Numbered from the stretch's first letter, positions 10,128 to 21,210 are shown. The stretch: 32,000 nt of DNA from Candidatus Saccharimonadota bacterium (GCF_013365495.1 NZ_CP046580.1:720001-752000); one strand, 5' to 3'. Translations and numbers: made by a program. The notes: generated by a model not told the origin, from the letters alone.

Positions 10128-12500
10128 TTAAATATCAATATTATATACATTAAGCGCATTATTCTTGATAAAATCACGGCGCAGTTCAACTATATCACCC
10201 ATTAGTATTGAAAACATACTATTTGCTTCCTCACAATTTTCTATTTCAACTTTTAGTAAAGTCCTAGTTTCCGGATTAAGTGTAGTTTCCCAAAGCTGAT
10301 TAGCATTCATTTCACCAAGGCCTTTAAACCTCTGCATAGTTAAACCCTTTTTACCATAGTCCATAATTATTTTCACAAGTGTACTTGGAGATTCAATTTT
10401 TATTTGACTTTCTTGTAACTTCAAAAATGAATTACCATTAAATAAATCAACTATATCATCAAGAAAACTAAATATACTAAGTACTTCTTTATTTTTAAGC
10501 ATGCTAAGTGAAAATGCATATCTATCTACTAATCCTTGAAATAATTTACAAATATAAATTTCTTCGCCTTTTATTTCTACTTTCCAAGTATATTTACTAT
10601 AAACTAATTTTAAATATCTTAAAATTTCATTAGCAGACGATAAAACATTTTTTTTACTTAGAATTAGCAAAGACTCTAATAAATTTTGTGGTATTTCCCT
10701 ACCATAATTTTTACTAATATTTGAAATATTAAGACATCTATTCAAAACAAAACGCAAATCCTTATTTACACCATTTAATGTTAATTTTTTAACTGCTGAA
10801 CTTACTATATATTCTTCAAAAGTTTTATCATCTTTAATATAAGTATCTTTAGCATTTTTTGTAACTTTATAAAGAGGCGGTTGTGCTATATATAAGTAGC
10901 CTTTTTCAATTATTCCACGCATATATCGAAAAAAAAATGTTAAGAGCAAAGTTCTAATATGTGCACCATCAACATCTGCATCTGTCATAATAATAATTTT
11001 ATGATATCTAGCCTTCTCGATATCAAAATTCTTACTTCCTACTCCAGCCCCAATTGCCGTCACTAAAGAGCCAATTTCCGCAGATGAAAAGATACGATCA
11101 AGCCCTACACGTTCTACATTTAAAATCTTTCCTTTTAAAGCAAGTACTGCTTGTGTCTTTCGATTACGACCTTGCTTTGCAGAACCACCCGCAGAATTAC
11201 CTTCTACTATAAACAATTCCGATAACTCAGGAATTTTTTCCTGACAATCAGCAAGTTTCCCAGGTAAAGTTGCAATATCAATATTACTTTTATTTTTAAC
11301 TAACTCTCGTGCCTTTCTTGCAGCCTCTCTTCCTTTAGCTGATTTAATCACTCTTTCCACTATACTTGTTGCTAATTTAGGATCAGTTTCAAGCATTGAA
11401 CTTAATTTATCAAAAACTATATTTTCTACAACTGTACGTGCCTCAGAACTGACTAATTTATCTTTCGTTTGTGAAGAAAATTTAGGGTCAAGCATCTTAA
11501 GAGATAAAACACAAGTTAACCCCTCCCTAATATCTTCTCCAGTTAAAGTCACTTTTGCTCTTTTTAAAAAACCCTCATTAATTGCATAATTATTAATACA
11601 TCTAGTTAGTGCAGACCTAAGCCCCGCTAAATGTGTACCACCACTACATTGCTTTATATTATTTGTAAAGCACAACATATTCTCATAGCAAGAATCATTC
11701 CATCCCATTGAGACCTCTACATCAATACCTAAATCCTTTACATTACCCCTCATACTAACAATCTTGGTAAGATGTGTCTTATTTTTATCTAAATAACATA
11801 TAAAATTTGCTGTACCAAAATTATCCTTAGATTCCTCACTACCATTAAAGCAAGATTCTATATATGGCCTACTGCGTAAGTCATACAAAACAATATTAAC
11901 ATTCGAATTTAAAAAAGCTAACTCTCTGATTCGACTCTCAAGAATAGAATAACTAAAATCGATACTGCTAAAAATTTCCGTTGACGGCATAAACGTTACT
12001 TTTGTTCCTCTTTTATTCACTCTTTCATTCACTATTTTTAAAGATTCAATAGGCTTACCATCTTCAAAGCGTATAAAATACTCTTTATTATCACGCCAAA
12101 TAGTTAATTCTAACCAACTAGATAATGCATTTACAACCGAAACTCCAACACCATGTAATCCCCCAGAAACTTTGTAGCTATTATTGTCAAATTTACCACC
12201 TGCATGTAGTTGAGTCATTATCACCTCTGCTGCTGATATTCCCTCTTCTTCATGCATATCAGTTGGAATGCCACGACCATTATCGATTACAGATACTGAA
12301 CCATCTTCATTTATACTAATTTCAATTTTATTACAACACCCAGATAAAGATTCATCTATTGCATTATCAACAACCTCATATACCATATGATGCAAACCAG
12401 ATCCATCATTAGTATCACCAATATACATACCTGGACGCTTTTTCACAGCATCAAGACCTCTTAAAATCTTTATTGCATTAGCATTATAATTATTTTCCAT
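10128..12500 (-). CDS. gyrB: DNA gyrase subunit B
   Basis: Contains LRGLDAVKKRPGMYIGDT, GGLHGVG, ELFIVEGNSAGGSAKQGR, IMTDADVDGAHIRTLLLTFF and QRFKGLGEMN. I prefer the start at ATG 12500 (MENNYNANAIKIL), which aligns with typical GyrB N-termini. The track start at 12524 is the alternative. Confidence 0.96.
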   Translation of the reverse strand: MENNYNANAIKILRGLDAVKKRPGMYIGDTNDGSGLHHMVYEVVDNAIDESLSGCCNKIEISINEDGSVSVIDNGRGIPTDMHEEEGISAAEVIMTQLHAGGKFDNNSYKVSGGLHGVGVSVVNALSSWLELTIWRDNKEYFIRFEDGKPIESLKIVNERVNKRGTKVTFMPSTEIFSSIDFSYSILESRIRELAFLNSNVNIVLYDLRSRPYIESCFNGSEESKDNFGTANFICYLDKNKTHLTKIVSMRGNVKDLGIDVEVSMGWNDSCYENMLCFTNNIKQCSGGTHLAGLRSALTRCINNYAINEGFLKRAKVTLTGEDIREGLTCVLSLKMLDPKFSSQTKDKLVSSEARTVVENIVFDKLSSMLETDPKLATSIVERVIKSAKGREAARKARELVKNKSNIDIATLPGKLADCQEKIPELSELFIVEGNSAGGSAKQGRNRKTQAVLALKGKILNVERVGLDRIFSSAEIGSLVTAIGAGVGSKNFDIEKARYHKIIIMTDADVDGAHIRTLLLTFFFRYMRGIIEKGYLYIAQPPLYKVTKNAKDTYIKDDKTFEEYIVSSAVKKLTLNGVNKDLRFVLNRCLNISNISKNYGREIPQNLLESLLILSKKNVLSSANEILRYLKLVYSKYTWKVEIKGEEIYICKLFQGLVDRYAFSLSMLKNKEVLSIFSFLDDIVDLFNGNSFLKLQESQIKIESPSTLVKIIMDYGKKGLTMQRFKGLGEMNANQLWETTLNPETRTLLKVEIENCEEANSMFSILMGDIVELRRDFIKNNALNVYNIDI

Positions 12501-12540
12501 AAAACCATTTAAATTTATAAACATTAATCAATACCACATT

Positions 12541-12568
12541 TATATATTTCGGTCAGCAGCACTTTCAA
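12541..12568 (-). promoter_or_regulatory. Candidate sigma70-type promoter for gyrB
   Basis: Minus strand reads TTGAAA-gtgctgctgaccgaaa-TATATA: a -35 with 1 mismatch, a 16-nt spacer and a -10-like hexamer. It lies about 40 nt upstream of ATG 12500. Found by eye only in AT-rich DNA. Confidence 0.3.
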
Positions 12569-14646
12569 CTAAAAAAGGATTTCAATTATAATATGAAAAC
12601 AAAATTCATTAAATTCCTATGCAAACGATTATAATTACTATTTTAAGTACAACTTTAAGTTTAAATCATGATATTAAACCTGTTTTATACAAAATAAACA
12701 GCTTAAATAAATATAATTTCACTTCTCAATCTTTAACTTACCACAGTATCGACTGTTAGGTAGCCTTTTAAGTTAAATACACATACCATTTCAAATGGTG
12801 ACCTTCATAATTTCATAAAAAGCATTTTTTATTCCTCTTTTAAAAAAGTTATTAATTCTTTTTAATTACTTCAGAAATACTTTATATAATCATCTTAATC
12901 ATGATACAATTTCTTCATCATCTAAACTAATCACTACCGATAAATATAAAAAGATAAAAATTTTAAAAAAAAGCTTACGTATACCTACTTATATAATTTT
13001 AACTTTAGTTATTTAAAAATCGACTCTTGAAAAACATATCTTTATTTATTTCTTTGTATTTTCATATTAAAAGATAACAATTTAACCTTAAAAAGCCACC
13101 TTTTCTTTATAATTTCTTATATTTAAGTCAGATATTCCATAAATATCCACTTAACAACTAAAAAAAAGTACTGTAATTAAAAATTATAACATAAAAAAAA
13201 TTGTCTACAATCACAATAACCTTTCATATTATCAAAAATAATATTTTAACTAAACAACAATAATTTTATTTTCTTTTAATTTAAAAAACTACTAATTACG
13301 AACACAAATAAACCTATAAAAAAAATAAAGAAATCACTTCCTTATCAACAAAAATATGTTAATAAATTAATAATTTTTAATATTATAAAAAAACAATTCC
13401 TGACTTCATTTATCCATTCTGCCACAGATAATTGCTTTTACCTCTAAATATTAGGCATCTTTAATATACTACACCCTACTACACATAAATTAAGATAGTA
13501 AAAAAAAAGTTTGTAAACACATTTTACCACAAACACAATCTATTTAATCTATAGTTATTACATAAAAAATCTTACACCACTGCTTTATATGGCACTACTT
13601 TTAAACTTCGCTTTATATCAAGAAAAAACTACTTAGTTTTACCCAATATATATCTGTTCTCAACACTACTTAATATAACTCTACATTTTTTTATAAGCTT
13701 TCCCCTCATTACCAAAGCAATATTTAAAACATCCCAACTTTATTTCCTGATTAATAAAACTCTCAAATTAATCCTTACTGAATTTTCTTATAAATTAAAC
13801 AACAAATCTTACTACTCTTTAAAAGTATCACTAAAAAAATACATTACATTATTTTTTCTATTTTAAAGAATTTTACTTATTATATGTCAACACCTTTATC
13901 TGTTACTATTTATATACCTTAGTATACTCTTCTTAAGAGCAAAAAAATATTTATTTAACATTACTACATCTTCACATCCTACTTCATAGATCAATCACAT
14001 TTTCATTTAATATGATACAAAGCAAAAACAAAAAGGAACACGTGTCGTTCAGTACCTCTTCTTAATTAGGACTACAACTTAACATTATATTCCATAAGCA
14101 TAACATACAAACAAATATATACACTTTTCATTATTCTCGCATTAAGCTCTCTTAAAAGTAGTCAATTATAAAACTTACTCTTAATTATCTTTCTAGTAGC
14201 TTATTATTTTATGTATCCATCTTTCTATTCCTTTAATTATATAAAATTATAACATACTAATTTATACCACTAAAATTCATATTAAATTTCTATCAAGTAC
14301 TATATTAATAAAAATCAACATTCAGCTAAATCAACTAAACAAATACAAATAATTTAATCAGTTACACTAAACAAAATCTTTACAGTCTGAAAAAATTTTC
14401 AGACAAAAATTTATCAGATATACTATTAAAATAATTTTACTAAACATGGCACATCAATAACTTAGTTTTTAGCTCAATTAATAACTCTGATAAAAAACAT
14501 TTACATTATTAATAAAATAATAAAGCACAAAAAAATCCTGTCATTCTTCATTTCTTTATTAGAATTTAAGAAGGTCTTCTTGTTACTATCTTTTATCACA
14601 TTTTTAATTATCTTATATTCAATTTCTTGAACAAAATTTACCTAAG

Positions 14647-14654
14647 CCCCCCCC
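14647..14654. repeat. Homopolymeric C8 (G8 on the minus strand) tract
   Basis: cctaagCCCCCCCCtagag. This is the longest G/C homopolymer I saw outside the tRNA. It sits in an otherwise G/C-poor spacer about 300 nt downstream of the cytochrome c stop. Confidence 0.9.
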
Positions 14655-14961
14655 TAGAGTTTGCCTAATTTTTTTACCACCAAACAGCTCCCCTTCAAAT
14701 ATCAAACTTGAAGTAAACCAAGAAAGAATATCATATAAACCGCTGTAATCTTTTTTGAGAATTAAAATAAACAATCATAACTTTTTAAAATAGCACACAA
14801 GCATCATCTACCATATTCTTGTCACAAAAAATCTATAAGCAGTATTTTATTTTAATTTATATTGGATTAACACCCAATAAAGATAATTACAAAAGTTTCT
14901 TTTCCCTACAGCTTCAATATGCATATCTATCATCTTAATAAAATTATTCATGAAATTCATA

Positions 14962-15489
14962 CTATTTTGATAAATCAATCGGATTATCACTTAATTGTAG
15001 TAAATAGCTAATTAAATCCGCAATTTCCTGCGGATTTGAAATACCAGCAAATGCCATACGTGTACCTTTTATATAGGCCTTTGGATTTTTCAAAAAGATA
15101 AAGAGATCATCATAATTCCATTTTCCACCCTTTTCAAGCATTGCTTTTGAATAATTAAACGAACTACTAAAACGTGCTTTTTTATCTCCAACTATATTCC
15201 ACAAGTTGGGTCCAACTCTATTAAATCCATCTTTTTCAAAACTATGACAAGCTACACATTTCTTTACAATTGATTTACCTCTTTTAACACTAGCATTTTG
15301 CATAAGAACTCCAATATCAAATGCTACTTGTTCAATTTTTTGTTGAGACTCATTATCGCCAGCAGTAATTATTGTTTTATATTTTATCTTATACTCCTCT
15401 GGACTATAAAGCATATCAACTACATTACTAATTATCATAATCACTAGCCCAGAAAACAAAATCGAAGCAATAATCTTATTGAATTCCAT
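14962..15489 (-). CDS. Membrane-anchored class I cytochrome c
   Basis: 175 aa. N-terminal TM anchor IIASILFSGLVIMIISNVV, heme motif CVACH, a distal Met region GTRMAFAG, and ATG at 15489. Confidence 0.9.
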   Translation of the reverse strand: MEFNKIIASILFSGLVIMIISNVVDMLYSPEEYKIKYKTIITAGDNESQQKIEQVAFDIGVLMQNASVKRGKSIVKKCVACHSFEKDGFNRVGPNLWNIVGDKKARFSSSFNYSKAMLEKGGKWNYDDLFIFLKNPKAYIKGTRMAFAGISNPQEIADLISYLLQLSDNPIDLSK

Positions 15490-16296
15490 GATTAATTTAT
15501 ACTAAATTACACTTAAATAGTACAAATATTTCTACAAACAGCAAATACTTAATAAGTAAAAAATTATTTATCTTAATTGACCAAATTAAAAACCTAATAA
15601 AAATAATTTTGTTTATTAAAAAAATATCTTTAACATAAAAAACAGTTTTATAAATATAAGCCACAAAAATACTCCAAAAGGTAATCTTAACCCTCATACC
15701 TTTAAAATTTAAATGCCAAAAATATTAGCAAAATACTTACACTTGCAGGGTGTTAATTAATATAAAAAATGAAAACAATTTCTAATCCACTAACTAAATT
15801 AACATTACCATACTCATTTCCCTTCTCAAACGTATATTAAAATATTTACTATAATACCTACAATCAATCATAATAAAAACATACTAATTTAGTAGCTACA
15901 ATGTGGTGGTTAGCAACATTAATTAACAAAATATCTTAAAGATGATTAACAACACTATAATCTACATTCCAGATCATACCAAATAAAGCTCTGATTAAAC
16001 AGATACTTTAATTATTACAACCTATGAAAACAAAAGTATCGCTTATAGCATTTCCATATAATTGAAATACTTGCATGTCAACCGATACAAAAACGCAAAA
16101 ACCTTTTAGATATATAATCATTAACTACATTCTTTAAGCACAAAAAAAATCATTAAATGCCATACATTAATTAATCCAAACCCTTTAATAAAAACTCCCT
16201 TACCATCCAACAGCAGCTAGAGTATCATGATTTACTAATTTACCTTAATAAAAAAATAAGTAAATCAGTGTTTACTAATAAAAAAAACAAATTCAT

Positions 16297-16630
16297 TTAA
16301 TTTGCTAGGTCTAATTCCCTTTGAACTGTTTGTGATACTACACAAATTACCATCTTAGATGTAATAATTATAAAATTCAACGTTGGTTGCTGCAACCTTT
16401 TCTGCAAAACATATGAATTTAATTTATTATAAAGGTGATTCACAATATATATTGGCAGCACAATTTTCACCTTCAAGAAGTAAAATAAATAATATACACT
16501 CTTCTCTACTAAAAAATTTATAAATTTCATAAGTAATAAAGTTTAAAAAGCCATGGTATTTACAGTTACTGTAAAAGTAATAAACCTTTTCCTCTTGAAT
16601 CATCACAACGTTCATTCGTATCGTCTCCAT
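16297..16630 (-). pseudogene. Possible frameshifted gene relic (two overlapping minus-strand ORFs in different frames)
   Basis: ORFs 16427..16630 and 16297..16530 overlap in different frames. The first has GGGGAAAG directly before its ATG. Local composition switches from spacer-like (plus strand A>T, C>>G) to the pattern of minus-strand genes (plus strand T>A, G about equal to C). I recognise no family. Confidence 0.25.
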
Positions 16631-17437
16631 CTTTCCCCTGATCGAAATTCATCAACTCAAGAAGTAAAGTCAAAAAAAACTGAAGTGATTAAGAATTAAC
16701 AGCTAAAACACTAACGCTGACAATAATGCTATTCAGCTATTACATTTCATTATATAAAATATAAAATTTATTCCTCCGGTCCTTTGGTTCCTACATCATA
16801 TAAAATAATATCTAAGCTATTTAAAGTGAAATTCTATACATTCTAAAATGACAATAAACCTATACAACTTTTAACTAAAGAAAGATACATGCTGAACTAC
16901 TAACCAAGTAATCATATAAACTAAATCTCTAAGCTTTAAAACTAAAATAGTTTATATATTTCTTTTCAAATTAACTACTTTACAATCAATTACCCACATA
17001 TCTACAACATGTCCAAATATTTAAAAATAAAAAAACTACTACAAGTTTATCACTTTTCTCCTTGTTAAACTAAGTCAGCTTATACAGATAAAAATAAAAA
17101 TTTAATGTATCTAGCTTTTAACTAATACACCCATATCTTCAAAAGATTTTTAACATTTATAAACCCTTTACCTATATTTTATGACTAAGAAATGTTTATA
17201 AAAAAGAGTAATATTGAGGCATTATAAGAACATAGAGATTAAGATGAAAAAAATGAGTAACTTCTTCTATCATAAATTCTTTACCTTCTTTATATTTAAT
17301 AAATTCCTTTTCATAACTAACACACTTTAAAACATATAGTACTAAACAATACTAACATTTTATAAATAAGATAAATTACTTTATTCTGCTTAATTAACTA
17401 AATTACAGAGAAATTAATAAAATTTATAACAACCTTA

Positions 17438-17908
17438 TTACAGCCCAAACTCTTCATTAATCTTATCAATGATCTCTTGTGATGGATTTTCTCCCCACCC
17501 TGAATACAAAATCTCTCCATAATCTGCAACATCCATAGAACCAGTTCTACTTTTTGCAAGAAACATTTCTTTCTTATCTTTATCAACCAATATATAATGC
17601 CATGCTGGCCTTCCACGATCTTTACCACGAACTAAATATATAAGATCTGATCTACTTCTTCTTGTTGCATCCACAAAAGACCTTTCATTAAGAATCCTGC
17701 TCTTATTTTTTATGAGACTACTTCCCCAAAAAGCTTCTTTAGATTTAGTTTTTTTACTTACTAATCTAGAAATCTTACCTTTTTCTCTTAACAAATGTTC
17801 CTTTATATTTCGAGATAAATATTTATTAGAAAAACTTTCTCTTGTATCACTAGAAACCCTATTTATAAAACGCTTAGTAAACGAATTATTATTATTGTGC
17901 TCTGCCAT
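17438..17908 (-). CDS. Hypothetical protein with a basic Ser/Lys/Arg-rich N-terminal half and a compact C-terminal domain
   Basis: 156 aa. ATG at 17908 is preceded by GGGGA about 8 nt upstream. The C-terminal segment DLIYLVRGKDRGRPAWHYILVDKDKKEMFLAKSRTGSMDVADYGEILYSGWGENP looks globular. I recognise no family. Divergent from miaA across 69 bp. Confidence 0.6.
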   Translation of the reverse strand: MAEHNNNNSFTKRFINRVSSDTRESFSNKYLSRNIKEHLLREKGKISRLVSKKTKSKEAFWGSSLIKNKSRILNERSFVDATRRSRSDLIYLVRGKDRGRPAWHYILVDKDKKEMFLAKSRTGSMDVADYGEILYSGWGENPSQEIIDKINEEFGL

Positions 17909-17977
17909 ATAAAAATCCCCGGACGTTAAATTATAGAATTTAAATTTCTCTACACTCTAATCTATTATATATATATC

Positions 17978-18865
17978 ATGAAAGATGGTATAGTAGTCAT
18001 CACAGGAATTACGGCTTCAGGTAAATCAAAATTATGTAATAACTTAATAAAAAAACACTTAAACCTTAGCATCATAAACTGTGATTCAAAGCAAATATAT
18101 AAAGAAATTCCCATCATTACTGCCCAACCATTTAAACAAGAAAAACCTTATAAATTATACGGATATGTTTCAGCAAAAGAAAATTATTCTGTAAGTCTAT
18201 GGCTAGAAGATTTAAAAAAAGAAATTAACAATGCACTAAAAAATTCACAAATACCTATTATTACTGGAGGAAGTGGATTTTATATCAGTAGTTTGATCAA
18301 AGGCTTATCATCAATTCCACAAATCAGTCAAGAAGTAAAAAACAATGTAAGTAAGCTCAAAAAAAATTTAAGCAAAGAAGAGTTTTACAAATTAGTCCTA
18401 AGTAAAGACCCTAAAATTCAAGGTAAAATATTCATGAATGACTCATACCGTCTTTTAAGAGCACTTGAAGTTATCACTGAAACTGGCAAGTCAATTCTTA
18501 TATGGCAAGAAAATAAACAGCCTCCTTTATTTAATAATTTTAAGATATATACAATTTTACCTAAACGTGAAGATGTTTACCAAAAAATAAATTCCCGCTT
18601 TATTACAATGATTAAGAATGGAGCAATTGATGAAGTAAAAAATCTACTTAACATGAACTTACCTTCATATTTACCAGCTATGAAAGCACATGGAGTGCCA
18701 GAAATTACAAAGTACTTGAAAGGTGAGATTACTTTAAATAAAGCGATACAAATTACTCAAACCAACACAAGACATTACGCAAAACGTCAATATACCTGGT
18801 TTAAAAATCAATTTCCAAATTCTAAAGTAATCAATTGTATAGAAAAATTTACACCCTTTTTTTAA
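17978..18865 (+). CDS. miaA: tRNA dimethylallyltransferase (isopentenyl transferase)
   Basis: 295 aa. P-loop GITASGKS, DSKQIYKEIPIITAQP, IITGGSGFYISSL, and the C-terminal TRHYAKRQYTWF motif. Confidence 0.93.
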   Translation: MKDGIVVITGITASGKSKLCNNLIKKHLNLSIINCDSKQIYKEIPIITAQPFKQEKPYKLYGYVSAKENYSVSLWLEDLKKEINNALKNSQIPIITGGSGFYISSLIKGLSSIPQISQEVKNNVSKLKKNLSKEEFYKLVLSKDPKIQGKIFMNDSYRLLRALEVITETGKSILIWQENKQPPLFNNFKIYTILPKREDVYQKINSRFITMIKNGAIDEVKNLLNMNLPSYLPAMKAHGVPEITKYLKGEITLNKAIQITQTNTRHYAKRQYTWFKNQFPNSKVINCIEKFTPFF

Positions 18866-21192
18866 TCTAAATGATACCATACTTGTTCTGTACAACAGTC
18901 AATATATTACTTAAACTACCTTATTAAAGATAGTTTTTATTTTGAAAGTTCACAACCTTTCATTATAGCAATAGCAATAACCTTTCTTTCTCATTTTTAC
19001 TTATTCTTAGCCAGTTAAATCTCTCCCAATAACTAAAAAAACTTCTTAAACTTAAATAAACTTTCACTTGCATACTTAACCAACTAATAGAGAGGGAAAA
19101 AGAGCCTAGATTAGCTCTTTAATAATATACAAAAATAAATTTACTCACTCTTATAAAACTTATGTTACTTTTCATTTATACGAAATTCAAGCAAATTTGA
19201 ATAAGCAATTCTGATTACATAAATATTTTATTCAATTTAATAAAATTATAAAAAACTAGCCCTTTCATTATACCTAATGTAGGTATGACCTGATAAATAT
19301 ACCATATATATAAAATCTACACATAATCATATCTTCTAAATAAGGAAAAGACACACCCTTTTCTTAATTTAATACATAATATACACTTATATTATATTTA
19401 ATAATCAACTTCTCTAAAAGAAATGGACTTAAAACTTAAAATCCAGTACATTTTAATATTCTCTAAAAACTTCTTCCAAAAAGGTAGCAGAATTCCATCT
19501 TTCATTTAATAAATAAGACCGACCTACTTATAAAATCTTTATGCATTTAATTCATCGAACCTTCGATTTATCGTTTATAGTTTTTACTTAATTCTAAATT
19601 TTCATCATTTTTCTCTAAATTATCACTATACAATAATATATATAAAATACTCTTAATATAACATTAAAATACTTAAAAAGTAATAAAATAACTACTAATG
19701 ACTTGATAAGAGTCAGTACATTAGTTTAATAGCAAATAATATAACTTAAAGAACAACTAATTTTTTTATTAACTATTATGTGCTCACATAAACAGCACTA
19801 AATGTGCTAACTTTTCTAAATAACAATTCACTAAAAAAAACCTCAATTTACTCTATAATACCACTAAACTTCATAAGAAAATAAAGAGTAATAAACCCCT
19901 GTTCCTATATCTTATAAACCACTTAGTTATATAGATAGAAATACATTACCATCTCAATTTTCAAGTTCGAGAATTCATAACTTCACATAAGAATCATCAA
20001 AATCACTACTTTAAATAAACCACAAAATAATTTAAAAAAATAAAAGTCAATATACTCACTCATATTATTTATTAACCATAATCAATTATTCATATTAACT
20101 ATTTTCAACAAAATAAATATATTACCAGAAACAAGCTCAAAAAAAATTGCCAAATATTAAAATCACTCAACAAACGATTAAGAGTATAACAAATCCAATC
20201 TAAAGAACATTAATTTAATTAAAATTCAAGACAGATGTTTACTAACTAAAATAACGGCTAATTGAAAAGAAAGCTTATAAAATTATATAAACGAGTTTAT
20301 TAATTGAAAGAAAATAAAGAGAGAAGTTAAAACTCTAAAAAAAAGGTTTACTTATGATGAATTATTTGCGTAGCAACTTAATACAAAATTTAAAAAAAGT
20401 AATCCATAAAAATAATTCTAATATCCAATAAATATAAAAAATAAATCCAAATAAATTATTGTTTAACTAACAAATAATTTATTTAATAAATGAACTTTAT
20501 TAAGAATAAAACCTCCACATCGCAGGTAAATTTACTACAAGTGATATTGATATGACATAAAGAGACAAATTAAATCATATCTTCAGTAATCAATACAGCA
20601 AAAACACATAAATACTTAATTTTCCTAGCCAGCTATTAGGCTTCTGCTGAACAATAAAAAACTTCGATCAAAAAACTTTATCTTCTACTAAGATAAAAGT
20701 TACTCCACCACAGTAAAAACTGTATAAAATTAAAGAAAAATCATCATAAATAAATTTACAAAGTAGTATTTTAAATACAGAAAAAAAAGTTTAGTAATAT
20801 TAAAGAAAAAACATGATATATTTTTGCACTATAAATTCAACTCCAAAATTTATAACAAACTATATTCAATAACATTGAATGCCCACTTTTTTAAAAAAAA
20901 GCAACATCTTTCAATGCATACCATTATATAATATGTAAGTTAAAGTTTACATTAGAATTAATATTAGTGTAAATCAAAATAGATTTTACATTACTAAAAA
21001 AGAACATGCTCATAAAACAGCAAAAAGGTATTTTATAAGCACAAAAAAATAAAAATCATAGGATTTGTTAATTCATTCATTTATATAAAAGAATCAAAAA
21101 TTACTTAATCCAAAATATAAAAATACAAAAAAATCATTTCAGAATAATTTCTTAAATAATTCTTGATATATTGAAATAATAAAAATAAGCTT

Positions 21193-21210
21193 TGCACTTT
21201 TAAAAGTGCA
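21193..21210 (-). terminator. Candidate purH terminator hairpin (18-nt perfect palindrome)
   Basis: tgcacttttaaaagtgca is a perfect palindrome about 100 nt downstream of the purH stop. On the minus strand it is followed by aagcttatttttattattt. The U-run is not immediately adjacent to the stem. Confidence 0.3.

Noticed and set aside
12125-12319. 64-aa ORF antisense to gyrB
   Set aside because: Lies entirely inside a strongly supported gyrB frame, so it is a typical shadow ORF. The same applies to 21899..22102 inside purH.
15497-15697. 66-aa minus-strand ORF just upstream of cytochrome c
   Set aside because: An Ile/Phe/Lys low-complexity product of AT-rich DNA with spacer-type composition and no RBS.
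17398-17912. ORFs 17398..17628 (-) and 17712..17912 (+) overlapping the 156-aa gene
   Set aside because: These are alternative-frame and antisense shadows of 17438..17908, which has the better start context and a globular-looking C-terminus.
19777-19808. Mutually exclusive short hairpins (tatgtg/cacata; gtgct/agcac/gtgct) resembling an attenuator
   Set aside because: The stems are only 5-6 bp, there is no adjacent gene or leader peptide, and such structures are expected by chance in 2.4 kb.
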